From an uncultured virus (IMG/VR IMGVR_UViG_3300042898_003498) (lineage: Duplodnaviria > Heunggongvirae > Uroviricota > Caudoviricetes): 64,000 nt of DNA. Position 1 is the stretch's first letter; each line of letters opens with the position of its first letter. The DNA lies in IMG/VR virus record IMGVR_UViG_3300042898_003498. The stretch is one strand, 5' to 3'. Below the pieces are notes generated by a model. The model did not search any database, had not been told where the DNA came from, and saw nothing but the letters and a program-made list of their open reading frames with translations. A program made the position numbers and the translations under genes. Shown one piece after another: positions 42,964 to 54,045 of the stretch.

Positions 42964-43665
42964 TTAATTTACTACTTCAATAGTATTAAATGACCAGCCG
43001 AAGCCTAACTGTTGGAAGTAGCGTCCGTCATCATTTGGATCAATTCCCATGGCATGGTATTCTGCAGGACCTGTGACAGTTTTTGTGTGTTTAACTGGAT
43101 AGACGTCAATGACTGCGACTCTACCGCCAAACTTGGTCGTGCTACTGGTACTTTCAAGGATGTCGCTCCAGTAGCCTTCCATTCCGTATCCAATGCCTGC
43201 TGGCATAGTTCCAAAGTGAGCAGAGCATTGTGGCCAAGCACGTTGGCTAAAAATTGGACACATAATTTCTACAGTATTTGTATAATGCAGTTTAGCTCCG
43301 GGAATTAAAAATGTACTAGGATGGGTACGAGAACTGTCCGGAGTAAGTGCTGGCTGGGCTAGGTCGAGATCGTATTCTTTGCAGAGATCAAATGTAGCTG
43401 CCACACCCTCTGGAGTAGTTAAACAGTCGTCGTCTAGGATCCATATGCGTTCATATTGACTTACATCATGTCGTTTAGCAAATTCTGCAACAATCTTCCA
43501 CTTTTGTCCTGGAATATTTTCAATGTAGGTAGCACCTTCGGTATTAACTAGCGGAGCGCCTTTCCAATTGATAATGGCCGTGTCAAAATTTAAATTAGAA
43601 TAGTCACCCCACTGTTGAAATAATGCGTTTGAACCTGCTGGAATAATTAAAAGATTTTGTTTCAT
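42964..43665 (-). CDS. DUF707-like glycosyltransferase-like protein
   Basis: WILDDD, LAQPAL, VEIMCPIFS. Confidence 0.65.
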   Translation of the reverse strand: MKQNLLIIPAGSNALFQQWGDYSNLNFDTAIINWKGAPLVNTEGATYIENIPGQKWKIVAEFAKRHDVSQYERIWILDDDCLTTPEGVAATFDLCKEYDLDLAQPALTPDSSRTHPSTFLIPGAKLHYTNTVEIMCPIFSQRAWPQCSAHFGTMPAGIGYGMEGYWSDILESTSSTTKFGGRVAVIDVYPVKHTKTVTGPAEYHAMGIDPNDDGRYFQQLGFGWSFNTIEVVN

Positions 43666-43721
43666 GGTAATATTTATCGACAGATAAGTGACTTATAAAT
43701 AAAGTGAGTATATAATAAAAC

Positions 43722-44345
43722 ATGGTCACCAAAGAAGAACTAACCCAATTTGAGTCTGAAATAGCTACGCTATTCAACTCTGCAAAGATTCGAGCACCGA
43801 TACATTTGTATTCAGGCAATGAAGAACAAATCATGCGTGTGTTTGCTAAAATTAATACAGAAAAGGACTGGGTATGTTGTACCTGGAGGAATCATTATCA
43901 AGCACTGCTTAAAGGTATTCCAAAGGATTACTTAAAAGAAAAGATCATGCAGGGCAAAAGTATGGTAATGAACTTACCAGAATACAAATTTATCTGTAGT
44001 AGTATCGTTGGCGGCATTCCCAGTGTTGCCACAGGCCTTGCACTGGCGGCAAAATTAAAAGGCTCTGGTGAAAGAGTTTGGTGCTGGACAGGCGATATGA
44101 GTGCCGAGACCGGTGCATGGAGTGAGGCATATCGATATGCTGTTGCTCAAGAGTTGCCAATTACATTCGTTGTAGAAGACAACGAGTTAAGTGTTATGAC
44201 TCCTACACACGAAGTATGGGGTAATGAAAAATGGTACTTACCACATCAGAATAGATCTTGGTACGAGGGGCCCAATCTCATCTATTACAAATATAAGAAT
44301 GAAAAATATCCACATGCTGGAGCTGGTGTAAGGGTGCAGTTCTAA
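43722..44345 (+). CDS. TPP-dependent E1 alpha-like subunit
   Basis: SSIVGG, TGD..EDN TPP motif. Confidence 0.8.
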   Translation: MVTKEELTQFESEIATLFNSAKIRAPIHLYSGNEEQIMRVFAKINTEKDWVCCTWRNHYQALLKGIPKDYLKEKIMQGKSMVMNLPEYKFICSSIVGGIPSVATGLALAAKLKGSGERVWCWTGDMSAETGAWSEAYRYAVAQELPITFVVEDNELSVMTPTHEVWGNEKWYLPHQNRSWYEGPNLIYYKYKNEKYPHAGAGVRVQF

Positions 44346-44881
44346 TGTCAACTAAACTATACAACGATGAATTAAAGTCAGCTATGAATTGGCTCAGCGA
44401 ACAGTCTAGTACTATTTTTCTAGGACAGGCTGTACGCTACGGTGGTACTGGATGCTATGAAAGTCTCACTGAAGTAGCTGATATCAAGAAACTAGAGTTT
44501 CCAGTTGCGGAGAATTTGCAAATCGGAGTAAGCGTCGGGCTTGCACTAAATGGATTCATACCAGTAAGTGTTGTTCCTCGTTGGAATTTCTTACTGTGTG
44601 CTACAGATCAAATTGTTAATCACCTTGACAAGATGATGCTCATGGGCACCGATTGTAATCCGAAAGTTATTATTCGAGTTGCAGTAGGCTCGGAGATGCC
44701 AGTTGATCCGCAAGACCAGCACAAAGGAAACTTTGCAGATGCATTTAGACTAATGTGCAAGACTATTGATATTATTGAATGTAAAGAAATTGCAGATATT
44801 TTACCTGCATACCAAAAAGCCTACTCCAGAACAGATGGTCGCAGTACTATTGTAGTAGAGTTTCCAGATTACGGTAAATGA
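44345..44881 (+). CDS. TPP-dependent E1 beta / transketolase Pyr-domain protein
   Basis: FPVAE, DQIVN, QH. Confidence 0.8.
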   Translation: MSTKLYNDELKSAMNWLSEQSSTIFLGQAVRYGGTGCYESLTEVADIKKLEFPVAENLQIGVSVGLALNGFIPVSVVPRWNFLLCATDQIVNHLDKMMLMGTDCNPKVIIRVAVGSEMPVDPQDQHKGNFADAFRLMCKTIDIIECKEIADILPAYQKAYSRTDGRSTIVVEFPDYGK

Positions 44882-45699
44882 AAATCCTATTAACAGGTTC
44901 TACAGGATTCCTGGGCAGATACTTTTATACTTTCTTTAAAGATAGATATGATGTAACTGCCCTTTCACATGCTGATCTAAATTTAGAAGATCCAATACTA
45001 GTTACTGAGTTTTTAAAAAACACGTACTTTGATATTGTTATCCACACAGCAGTAGCCGGGCGTGAGCTAGTGCAGTCCATTGACAAGAACATTGCAGACA
45101 AGAACCTACAGATGTTTTTTAATCTGTATTCAAATAGAGAGCACTACGGTCGATTTATTAACTTCGGTAGCGGTGCTGAGTTTGGGCTAGATAGAGACAT
45201 CAACTCATTCCATGAAGATGAAATCTTCAATTGTTTTCCAAAAGAAAGTTATGGATTCAGTAAGAACATCATTGCTCGTGTTATACGCAACACTGACAAA
45301 TTTTATAATTTAAGAGTTTTCTCCTGCTTTGACTCGTCAGAAACTGACAACAGATTACTTAAAAAGTTCATAAGATCTGTGCAACAGAACAATGTCTTTA
45401 CAGTGGATCAAGATAGGTATGTAGATTTTATTAGTCTAACTGACCTTGCTAAAGTAACCGAATTGGTCATACAAGGTAAGATACTTAACAAAGACTTTAA
45501 TGTAGTCTATAAAGAAAAAATGCTAGTATCCGAAATGTTAAAATTGTTCGCCGTTCAACACGGCATAGATACTAGGTTTGTATGTACTACTAATACAAAA
45601 GGGAAATCTTATACTGGCAACGGTGAGTTGCTTGATCAGTATAAGATTTCTTTAGACGGACTTGAAAAGTCTTTGGCTAATTATCAGATAACTTTATAA
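44878..45699 (+). CDS. NAD-dependent sugar epimerase/reductase
   Basis: TGSTGFLG, GSGAE, YGFSK. Confidence 0.85.
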   Translation: MKILLTGSTGFLGRYFYTFFKDRYDVTALSHADLNLEDPILVTEFLKNTYFDIVIHTAVAGRELVQSIDKNIADKNLQMFFNLYSNREHYGRFINFGSGAEFGLDRDINSFHEDEIFNCFPKESYGFSKNIIARVIRNTDKFYNLRVFSCFDSSETDNRLLKKFIRSVQQNNVFTVDQDRYVDFISLTDLAKVTELVIQGKILNKDFNVVYKEKMLVSEMLKLFAVQHGIDTRFVCTTNTKGKSYTGNGELLDQYKISLDGLEKSLANYQITL

Positions 45700-45738
45700 A
45701 TACTTACAACACATTTTAATTAACAGGATATTAACTTA

Positions 45739-46413
45739 ATGAAAAAAATAGGAATTGCACTTATTGGAGAAATGTATAATCTTTCTTTTCGTAGTGAAGA
45801 AAAAGATAAATTAAAAACTTTTGTATATCATCGTAACTGGCAATTAAGCAAAGATAATATTAAAAATAAATTAATTGACTCTTTTAAAAAAGACAATGAT
45901 GTTAAAATTTATATTACAACTTATGAAGATGTCAGAGCAGATGAAGCAATTGAGTTTTACTCGCCCACAAAATCTTTATTGTTACCCCCTGAGGGAAGCC
46001 ATCAAAGGACTACTTACATTAAAGGTATGGAAAATCTTTTAGATCAGGATTTAGATTTTATTATACCAGTTCGATTTGATTTAGCATTTGACCAAGACGT
46101 TGTTAATTTTGATTGGAATTATGAAAAAATGAATTTTGTCTCAAAAGAAATGATGGGATGGGATACAGAAAAATACGTCACTGATACATTTTTTGGATTT
46201 CCTAAAAAATATTTAGAATCTTTTATCAAAAGCATTCGCGATTCACACGCCTATTGGGAAAACACTCGCCCCGGAGATCCAGGAAAACATTTTATGCACG
46301 ATATCTACAGGCATATGGTTGCGGAAATTACTGAAGAAAATATACACTTTTTAGTCCCTAATAAGCAGTTAGCTACTATTATCCCAAATATGTACAGAAT
46401 AGTTCGAGCATGA
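45739..46413 (+). CDS. hypothetical (glycan-related) protein
   Basis: 224 aa, RFD motif, within sugar cluster. Confidence 0.6.
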   Translation: MKKIGIALIGEMYNLSFRSEEKDKLKTFVYHRNWQLSKDNIKNKLIDSFKKDNDVKIYITTYEDVRADEAIEFYSPTKSLLLPPEGSHQRTTYIKGMENLLDQDLDFIIPVRFDLAFDQDVVNFDWNYEKMNFVSKEMMGWDTEKYVTDTFFGFPKKYLESFIKSIRDSHAYWENTRPGDPGKHFMHDIYRHMVAEITEENIHFLVPNKQLATIIPNMYRIVRA

Positions 46414-46418
46414 TAATA

Positions 46419-46865
46419 TTAAATCTTTGCAATTTTTTTAACAAAGTCGCTACAGATTCCGTAGCATTTAATATTTTCTAGACCTTCTAACGTTGGATTG
46501 TGCCATTCGGGCATAAGCATAATACTACGAGTGGTTAGTTCGTGTTGAGGATAAGTCCAAATGAAGTTATTACTAGTCAAGGTAAACTTATCGTTTTCGT
46601 GCCAAAAATAGCAAAGGTTTGTATCTGTTAGCCAACGCAGAGCAGCTAAGTTTTTAGCATGTATCCACAATCCAAATTTATCTAAGAATTGTTTATCGAC
46701 TGGATATTGTGGTCTGTCGTGTCCTAACCACAGCTCTGAATTTATTACCCAAAGATCGATCTCGCAATCGAACCCGAGATTAATTGCTTCTAAAATTTGT
46801 TCTGGTCTGTTTTCTAAATGTTTATCCGGACCATTAAACAAACCTCGATGTGCAATGTATTTCAT
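46419..46865 (-). CDS. glycerophosphodiester phosphodiesterase-like protein
   Basis: AHRG, EN, EID, GICSD. Confidence 0.7.
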   Translation of the reverse strand: MKYIAHRGLFNGPDKHLENRPEQILEAINLGFDCEIDLWVINSELWLGHDRPQYPVDKQFLDKFGLWIHAKNLAALRWLTDTNLCYFWHENDKFTLTSNNFIWTYPQHELTTRSIMLMPEWHNPTLEGLENIKCYGICSDFVKKIAKI

Positions 46866-46867
46866 TT

Positions 46868-48250
46868 TTATTCCTTGTAATTACTTAGGAAATAATTTAA
46901 ATCTTCGGGGGTACCAATACCCCACATTTTTTCAATACTTTTTACTCGTACCTTTTTGCCATCACCTATTGCTTCATTAAATACTGGGCAAGTATAAAAT
47001 TCTCCATTTGTACGAATGTTCTTTTTAATCATTTGTTCAGCATATTTTACATAATCTGAACCGTGACGCCAATAGTAAATACCAACAGTAGCTTCATCAG
47101 AAATTACTTTCTTCTCTGCAACTTCTGAAACAAAACCATTTTCATCTAGTTTAGCATAAGACCATTTTGGGTGTGTTGCTTTGAATGTAAGAATACCACC
47201 ATCGATAGAATCTGCTGAGAATGCATACATACATTCATTTGAGTTCCATTCAACAAACTGGTCAGAGTTTGCCATGACCAAAGGTGCATCGTTATCGATA
47301 TATTCTTTAGCAAGCAAGGATGTGCAAGCTGCACCTTCTGTAATACCATCAACTTGTACAATTTTGCAATTGGGCGCAATTAAATTTAAAAGATATTTTA
47401 GATTATATGTTTCGTAATGTTCTTTCTGAACCAAGAAGATATAATTTGCTTCAATGTTTAGATTCTCAACTACAACTTGAATCATTGGCTTACTTCGAAC
47501 TTCAATAAGTGGTTTAGGAAAAGTGTATCCGGCTTGTGTAAAGCGCGATCCGGCACCTGCCATTGGAATCAAAACGTTTAGTTTTTTGTCTCTCCATGGT
47601 AGAGACTTCTTACTAGTACCTTCAATTGTATTCATAAGGTCATAAATCCTTTGCATCATATTTTCAGAGTTAACTTCTTTTGCATTTTCAACTGCAAGGA
47701 GGTGTGCTCCGGAGTCTAATGCAGCCTGGCGGCCAATGTGACTGTCTTCAACAATAATTGTATTTTTAGGAAGTGCATTTAATGCAGTCATGCATTTCCA
47801 ATACATTTCTGGATATGGTTTTGCGCGAGACACATCCTCGTTACTAACAAAATAGTCAACTTCATCCATTACACCGATACTTAGTAGAGATAATTTTACA
47901 GTTTCCCTAATAGAGTTTGATGCCACAGCAATTTTGTAACCACGAGTTTTGATTTTTCGAAAGATGTCTTGTAACAGGTATTCTTTACAAAATCCACGAA
48001 CAAGATTAAAAGTTGCTTCTTGTTTATCTTTCCATACCTGGTCATATACTGATACAGGTAACCCCTTCTGATCAGTGAGCATTCTCAGCTTTTTAGTGGT
48101 GTTCAGACCGTCATACTTACTAAGGTGTTCATCAACTGTGATTACGAATTCTTTACCAACTTTATAGAGTGCATTATTAAGTGCAGTATAGTGGAGCTCA
48201 CGCGAATCAATCAATACTCCATCGAGGTCAAAAATTACTAACTTGTTCAT
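46868..48250 (-). CDS. HAD hydrolase - nucleotidyltransferase fusion
   Basis: FDLDGVL, KP, EDS; PMAGAGSRF..PKPLI. Confidence 0.85.
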   Translation of the reverse strand: MNKLVIFDLDGVLIDSRELHYTALNNALYKVGKEFVITVDEHLSKYDGLNTTKKLRMLTDQKGLPVSVYDQVWKDKQEATFNLVRGFCKEYLLQDIFRKIKTRGYKIAVASNSIRETVKLSLLSIGVMDEVDYFVSNEDVSRAKPYPEMYWKCMTALNALPKNTIIVEDSHIGRQAALDSGAHLLAVENAKEVNSENMMQRIYDLMNTIEGTSKKSLPWRDKKLNVLIPMAGAGSRFTQAGYTFPKPLIEVRSKPMIQVVVENLNIEANYIFLVQKEHYETYNLKYLLNLIAPNCKIVQVDGITEGAACTSLLAKEYIDNDAPLVMANSDQFVEWNSNECMYAFSADSIDGGILTFKATHPKWSYAKLDENGFVSEVAEKKVISDEATVGIYYWRHGSDYVKYAEQMIKKNIRTNGEFYTCPVFNEAIGDGKKVRVKSIEKMWGIGTPEDLNYFLSNYKE

Positions 48251-48253
48251 ACT

Positions 48254-49192
48254 TTACCAAACAAAATTAGTCTTGTAATATTCTACAATCTTAGCTAACT
48301 CTGCATCAAAGTCAGCTTCAGCTTTCCATCCTAGTGCTTGTAACTTGCTATCGTCAATTGAGTAACGGACATCTTGTCCCTTACGTCCCCAACTAAAGTC
48401 AATATAGTCGTCATAGTTTTCAGAGCCCGTGACCTGCTTGATAATCTTCTTGGCAATGTTAATGTTGCTGTCTTCACTGTTACCACTGATGTTAAAGATC
48501 TCCCCAGTTACTCCGCTTTCTACAATATGGATGATAGCGTTAGCTGTATCACTGACATGCAACCATGTGCGTCTGGGGGTGCCGTTTTCGTGCAAAGGAA
48601 TCTTACGACCGATGCTCAAGTACTTAACAGCCTTAGGAATTAGCTTCTCAACATACTGCCCAATACCGTAATTATTAGTAGGGCGCACAATAACCCAAGG
48701 GATATTATGTGTGCGAGCCCATGCACTGATCAACATGTCTGCCGCTGCCTTTGTGGCCGAGTAAGGGTTACTTGGCTTTAGAATATCTGTTTCAGTATGG
48801 CTACCCTCTACAATATCCCCATATACTTCGTCAGTTGAGAAGTGCAATAGTGTAGGAACTTTGAACTTGTTCTTCTGCAAATTTTGTAATAAGTTATGAA
48901 CACCGTTGATATTGCTGTCAAGGAATACTTCACTACCTACAATGCTGTTATCTACATGACTTTCGGCAGCAGTGTTAATAACATAGTCACAGTCTAATAA
49001 GTATGTAATGTCCCGAATGTCTTGTTTAATGTATTTAAATTTTGGATATGCTTGCAGTTCTGGAAGGAACTGTAGGTTAGCAGCATAAGTTTCTTTATCA
49101 ACACCAATAACGTACCATCCTTTATCTAAGCACTTTTTAGTTACATGGTAACCAATAAATCCTAAACAGCCTGTAACATAAACAACTTTCAT
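48254..49192 (-). CDS. rfbB: dTDP-glucose 4,6-dehydratase
   Basis: AAESHVDNSI, STDEVYG, YSATK, NNYG. Confidence 0.85.
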   Translation of the reverse strand: MKVVYVTGCLGFIGYHVTKKCLDKGWYVIGVDKETYAANLQFLPELQAYPKFKYIKQDIRDITYLLDCDYVINTAAESHVDNSIVGSEVFLDSNINGVHNLLQNLQKNKFKVPTLLHFSTDEVYGDIVEGSHTETDILKPSNPYSATKAAADMLISAWARTHNIPWVIVRPTNNYGIGQYVEKLIPKAVKYLSIGRKIPLHENGTPRRTWLHVSDTANAIIHIVESGVTGEIFNISGNSEDSNINIAKKIIKQVTGSENYDDYIDFSWGRKGQDVRYSIDDSKLQALGWKAEADFDAELAKIVEYYKTNFVW

Positions 49193-49998
49193 TTATAATT
49201 CCTCAATCCTTGTTCTAATCCAATTAGGTCAAACTTATAACTAGACAATGCAATGCTGTCTCCTGTTAAATTATTACCTGTTGAATTTTTAATTTTAATC
49301 TTTGCTGTTGGCAGTCCTAAATGTTTGCACAATAGTTCAGCCATCTCACTTAGTCGATATTTATTGGGGTACACCATATTAACATCGCAATGTTGGCTAC
49401 GACCAGTGATCATAAGTTCAAGCATAGGAAGGATGTCCGGCAAGTAAATGTAATCAAGGTATATATCATTATTGATTACAATCTCATCTTGATGTTTAAC
49501 TCTCTGAAAAAATCTATTAAGATTTTCAGTTTCGTGAAATACTCCAAACAGTTTTAAGTTATAGAAGCTCGGAGTTTCTCGAATAATTCTAGCTGTTAAG
49601 TTTTTAGCATATCCGTAGCTTGTCTTAGGTAAGTGCTGTACAAAGTCATATTCTAAGACGTTGGTGTTATCCTTGGTTAGATCAAACTCATATGCAGTTC
49701 CTAAATTTACAAGTCTAGCGTAGTGATGTTTTTGTAACCAGAGATTGCGAAACATTAATAATCCATCACTCAGATATTTTGGATCAGTACTGGACAACAC
49801 TTCTCGACCACTTAATGCACAATGCACTACTACATCAACTTCATTCTTTTCAAACCATTGTTCTACTTGTACTAAGTTAGTTAAGTCTAACTCTTTACTT
49901 GTAGGCGACAATATCTCGTATGAGCTTACTAAATTCTTAGCAATAAATCCTCCGACAAATCCTCCAGCACCTGTTATTAATATCTTAAGTCTGCTCAT
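49189..49998 (-). CDS. NAD-dependent sugar epimerase/reductase, paralog of 44878
   Basis: TGAGGFVG, YGYAK. Confidence 0.85.
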   Translation of the reverse strand: MSRLKILITGAGGFVGGFIAKNLVSSYEILSPTSKELDLTNLVQVEQWFEKNEVDVVVHCALSGREVLSSTDPKYLSDGLLMFRNLWLQKHHYARLVNLGTAYEFDLTKDNTNVLEYDFVQHLPKTSYGYAKNLTARIIRETPSFYNLKLFGVFHETENLNRFFQRVKHQDEIVINNDIYLDYIYLPDILPMLELMITGRSQHCDVNMVYPNKYRLSEMAELLCKHLGLPTAKIKIKNSTGNNLTGDSIALSSYKFDLIGLEQGLRNYK

Positions 49999-50848
49999 AC
50001 TTCGGTAATAAATCTTCAATGCTTAACTGTGCGTCAGCAACGATATTATCTTTCCATCTATCTAGATTGTTTAAAACTGTTTGAGGGAAATAGTCATCGA
50101 TGACAACTGGTGTAAATCTAGAAGGATCTCTAGGATCAATTGGATTCAGTCCTTGACTAATAGGAGATTCAACATCGATGTTCTCTGCAAGATAACTGCA
50201 TTCGGCGTGTGAAAAGTTTAATAACTTTACTTTAGCTTGGTCTGTGTTACCAAAATAAGTAAAATGCCATCCTGCATGATGAATGACCATCATTTCCGGA
50301 TCATTATGTACTTCAGGAACAGAACGCAATGCCCAATGACATTGGTCTCTTAGGTGCTGTCCTCCTAAGAACTTCTCTTTAGTAATAGCCATTGAACTGA
50401 TATTGTATCCCCGCGGAGTACTTTGCCAGTAATTCAACTTTACCCAGAAGATAGGTTGTCTGCAGATCCAGAAATAATGTTGTGGGTCATTTCGAATTAA
50501 TTCAAAAGTCGATGCTCGTAGCATTTCGTCACAGTCCGAAACAATGATCACATCGTTAGGTGTAGCACTTACGATGCCTCTTTCAATAGCGTTGCGTTGA
50601 AACGCTTCTCTAACCCAAGGATCATTACCGTCGGGCATGTCTTCGACTTTAACGTAGATTATCTTGTCGTGATACTTTGAGTATCTATCCCAGTTCTTTT
50701 CTAGATTAAACTCTTTGTCTTTATTTTGAAAAGACTTGTTAGACTCAACGATGACAAAATGATCAACATGCTCATAGTGCTCTTCTAATCTAATATCTAA
50801 CAAGTCATATTCGTTAAAGAATGTAAAACAATCGTATATTTTTCTCAT
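49985..50848 (-). CDS. GT17-like glycosyltransferase
   Basis: YDCFTFFNE, QRN, SDCDE, GWHF. Confidence 0.8.
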   Translation of the reverse strand: MRKIYDCFTFFNEYDLLDIRLEEHYEHVDHFVIVESNKSFQNKDKEFNLEKNWDRYSKYHDKIIYVKVEDMPDGNDPWVREAFQRNAIERGIVSATPNDVIIVSDCDEMLRASTFELIRNDPQHYFWICRQPIFWVKLNYWQSTPRGYNISSMAITKEKFLGGQHLRDQCHWALRSVPEVHNDPEMMVIHHAGWHFTYFGNTDQAKVKLLNFSHAECSYLAENIDVESPISQGLNPIDPRDPSRFTPVVIDDYFPQTVLNNLDRWKDNIVADAQLSIEDLLPKYEQT

Positions 50849-50852
50849 AATG

Positions 50853-51500
50853 TTATTTAATAACTCGTGGCATGTAGGTTGGAATTTGCCTTCCTAGTCT
50901 GGTTTCCATGGAACTTCCTGGCCAATGAACAACAAAGTCTCCTGGCTCCCACCATCCTCTTTCACCGAATTTATCTACGCCTACTCTATTAGGCCAGCAG
51001 TCATGTGAGTTAAATCTATTCTGTGGAACAATTTTAATGATAGGTTGCCATTCTGGCATTGAATAACTTTCAATCATTGCCTGCTGTTCTCGGAAGTAGT
51101 GAGGGTCATAGTGGTCAGCATTATCGACAATCCAATCAATATAGGCTCGTCCTTCGGGGGTGTTCCTTATAAAGAAACTATCAGCATTCATTCCATTGCC
51201 GTCTTCACCGATGACAAAATGATAATCATCGTCGATATGATCTTCCATCTTAGTATTGAAGTTGGTGATTAACGTATCAGTACCTAACCACCAAAACCAT
51301 TCAACATCGGGATTGTCTCTCATGATATCCTGTAAGAAGAATATCTTTTCATAGCCGATAGTGTGAGTATCTCTAAAATTGTCTAGCTTTAAGAAAGTTT
51401 TGTAACCGTGCTTGGTTGCATATTCTAACTTGTTATTAGTCCAGGTATGGTCTGCTAACACTTGGTAGTTAGGAGTGTGTAATGATACTACTGCTTTCAT
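50853..51500 (-). CDS. GT34 (MNN10/GMA12-like) glycosyltransferase
   Basis: WWLGTDTLITN, EQQAM, GDFVVHWPG. Confidence 0.75.
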   Translation of the reverse strand: MKAVVSLHTPNYQVLADHTWTNNKLEYATKHGYKTFLKLDNFRDTHTIGYEKIFFLQDIMRDNPDVEWFWWLGTDTLITNFNTKMEDHIDDDYHFVIGEDGNGMNADSFFIRNTPEGRAYIDWIVDNADHYDPHYFREQQAMIESYSMPEWQPIIKIVPQNRFNSHDCWPNRVGVDKFGERGWWEPGDFVVHWPGSSMETRLGRQIPTYMPRVIK

Positions 51501-52816
51501 ACAAACAGACTCATAAAACTATCAACCTTCTCACCAATGTAGGCAATCTGTTCTGGAGTAATAACAGGGCTGCATCCATGGAAGAATGTGTTCTTCATTG
51601 TGTATGTTGCTACAGGAAAGTTATCACGAGCATCTGCAGGATTCATTAAATGACTGTATGCAGGTTGCAACATGATGTTACCAGCAAAATACGGACGAGT
51701 TTGAATTAGATTCTCTTCTAGATAATCTACAATGTCAGCACGAGTAAAAGGAGCACCCTCTCTAATAGTAAGTGGGAATGCAAACCAGCTTACATCTGCC
51801 TTGTCACACGGGCGAGGAATATGGAAGAACTGTTCGTACTTTTCGTAGATTGCAAACAATAGATCATAGTTGCGCTGACGAAGTTCGTGGATCTTGGGCA
51901 GCTTCTTAATCTGTTCTAAGCCCATAGCTGCCTGTAATTCGATAGGCTTTAGATTATAACCGATCTCGTCATAGACATACTTGTGATCAAAGATCTCTCC
52001 AGGTAGTTCTGGAATCCATTCTTTGAAACGACTACCACAAGTACCGCACTTTAGTTTGTTAGCTTCTGGTCCTACACAATAGCAACCACGACCCCATTCA
52101 CGGAAGCTACGTACAATTACTTCTTGACTAGCACTATCCATGGCTACAAAACCACCTTCACCCATGGTCATATGGTGTGCCGGATAGAAACTGCAACTGG
52201 CCATGAGTCCGTAGCTACCTAACGGCTTGCCGTCATACGTAGTACCAAGACCATCACAACAATCTTCTAACAATACTAGATTGTATTTTTTAACCATGGC
52301 CATTACACGATCCATGTTAGGTGGATTACCTAATACGTGTGCAAATGTAATTACTTTAATTTCTGGATCTGCTTCCAAGATGCGCTCTGCATGATCTAAG
52401 TCAATGTTTAACGTATCAATTTCAATGTCGCAGAATACAGGAGTAAAGCCAACTTGCAATGTAGGGTTCAGTGTAGTAGGGAAACCTGCAATAGGCATTA
52501 GTACTTTAGTACCTTTGGGAAAGTTAAATCCACGCTTACTAGTCAATGAAGTCATCATTAACAAGTTAGCACTAGAACCGGAGTTAGTTAATACTCCTAA
52601 CTTCTTACCAAACTGTGTAGGGAACTCTCGCTCAAAGCGTGTTCCGCAATCGCCCAAAGCTAGCCAACCTTTAAGCAGTGCTTCTACACCAGCCATGTAT
52701 TCCGATGAATCATACATAGCTCCGGCATAGTTAACAAAGTCTTTGCCTGCTACCCAGGTCTTGTTTGCTTCTTTTTGTTCAACGTATTGTTTTACTAAAT
52801 CTAAAATTTCTTTCAT
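51497..52816 (-). CDS. rfbH: NDP-4-keto-6-deoxyglucose 3-dehydrase (DegT family)
   Basis: NSGSSANL, SFYPAHHMTMGEGG, WGRGCYC...C, DHKYVY. Confidence 0.85.
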   Translation of the reverse strand: MKEILDLVKQYVEQKEANKTWVAGKDFVNYAGAMYDSSEYMAGVEALLKGWLALGDCGTRFEREFPTQFGKKLGVLTNSGSSANLLMMTSLTSKRGFNFPKGTKVLMPIAGFPTTLNPTLQVGFTPVFCDIEIDTLNIDLDHAERILEADPEIKVITFAHVLGNPPNMDRVMAMVKKYNLVLLEDCCDGLGTTYDGKPLGSYGLMASCSFYPAHHMTMGEGGFVAMDSASQEVIVRSFREWGRGCYCVGPEANKLKCGTCGSRFKEWIPELPGEIFDHKYVYDEIGYNLKPIELQAAMGLEQIKKLPKIHELRQRNYDLLFAIYEKYEQFFHIPRPCDKADVSWFAFPLTIREGAPFTRADIVDYLEENLIQTRPYFAGNIMLQPAYSHLMNPADARDNFPVATYTMKNTFFHGCSPVITPEQIAYIGEKVDSFMSLFV

Positions 52817-52825
52817 GTTTCTCTC

Positions 52826-53485
52826 TTATGGTGTAATGTGTCTAACTAGGCCCAAGAACTGCTGACACAATTCTTTCTTAGGTAATCCGCTGCCCGCAAA
52901 GTGAATTAAGAAGTCACCTGGTGTCCATTGTCCGCTATTGCCAGTCTTGTCGATATCACTGCGATAAATGTTCCAATACAATTGTCTGTACAAGAAACTG
53001 TTAAAAGTTTTCTGCGGAACAAACTTAAACAAGTGACCATATGTATGCATGTTATCAATCATGGCCTGCTGTTCCCACCACATGTGTGTTTGATACTTTT
53101 CAACTTGTGTCCACAGAAATGCAAAGTACTCTCTGCTTTCTGGACTATTCTTAATCATAAAACTATCAGCATTGATATCGTTAATATCTTTAGCCATAAC
53201 AATATGGTAATCTTCGTCAATGAAACTCTCTAGTTTGATGTAGAAGTTAGTGATTAATGTATCAGCACCTGCCCAATACAACCAATCGTATTCAGGATGT
53301 TCATTCATAACGTCCAGCATGAACTTGATCTTCTCGTAGCTAGGGCAATAAGTGAACCCATCTGTCTTAACGTGATATGGATAACCCCAATGATCACAAT
53401 ATAGTTTCTTATTTTGTGTCCAGCTTACGTCAGCTAGGGCTTGATAGTTATGATCCCATAACTGGCATACTGCAATTTTTGTCAT
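52826..53485 (-). CDS. GT34-like glycosyltransferase, paralog of 50853
   Basis: DTLITN, EQQAM, GDFLIHFAG. Confidence 0.75.
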   Translation of the reverse strand: MTKIAVCQLWDHNYQALADVSWTQNKKLYCDHWGYPYHVKTDGFTYCPSYEKIKFMLDVMNEHPEYDWLYWAGADTLITNFYIKLESFIDEDYHIVMAKDINDINADSFMIKNSPESREYFAFLWTQVEKYQTHMWWEQQAMIDNMHTYGHLFKFVPQKTFNSFLYRQLYWNIYRSDIDKTGNSGQWTPGDFLIHFAGSGLPKKELCQQFLGLVRHITP

Positions 53486-54045
53486 AATGTTCCTTGAAAT
53501 TTGTAACAGTCATTCCAGCTTGGATGCTTTTTATCTCGCTCACTTATTACAAGTGATTGATCAGCAAGGAATGGCCATTGAATGTTTAGTGTAGCATCTT
53601 CTGCATCTATGCCACACTCTGCTTCGGCATTGTAATAGTTGTCTAATTTGTAATTAACATAAGTGTTAGGATCTAATGTTAGGAATCCGTGATAAAATCC
53701 ACGAGGGATATACACGATGCTCGGCTCGTCTTTTGATATAACCACTTTGCAAGATTGTCCATATGTAGGACTATCTGTTCTAGCATCTACTAACACATCT
53801 AATATACTTCCGTTAAAAACACTAACTAATTTAGCCAATGGTGCAACTGCTGATTGAGAGTGCATACCTCTTAGTGTATTTGCATTTGCACTAAAGCTAG
53901 TATAATCAAATATAAACTTACTTGCAATACCTGCATCTTCCAACCAGCTTTGTCTAAAGTCTTCAGTGAACCATCCACGACTATCACCTAGTCGTTTTAG
54001 TTTAAAGACCTTAGCATCCTTTAACGGTAAGTCATAATATTCCAT
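53482..54045 (-). CDS. rfbC: dTDP-4-dehydrorhamnose 3,5-epimerase
   Basis: DSRGWF, LRGMH, SPTYG, PRGFYHGF. Confidence 0.88.
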   Translation of the reverse strand: MEYYDLPLKDAKVFKLKRLGDSRGWFTEDFRQSWLEDAGIASKFIFDYTSFSANANTLRGMHSQSAVAPLAKLVSVFNGSILDVLVDARTDSPTYGQSCKVVISKDEPSIVYIPRGFYHGFLTLDPNTYVNYKLDNYYNAEAECGIDAEDATLNIQWPFLADQSLVISERDKKHPSWNDCYKFQGTL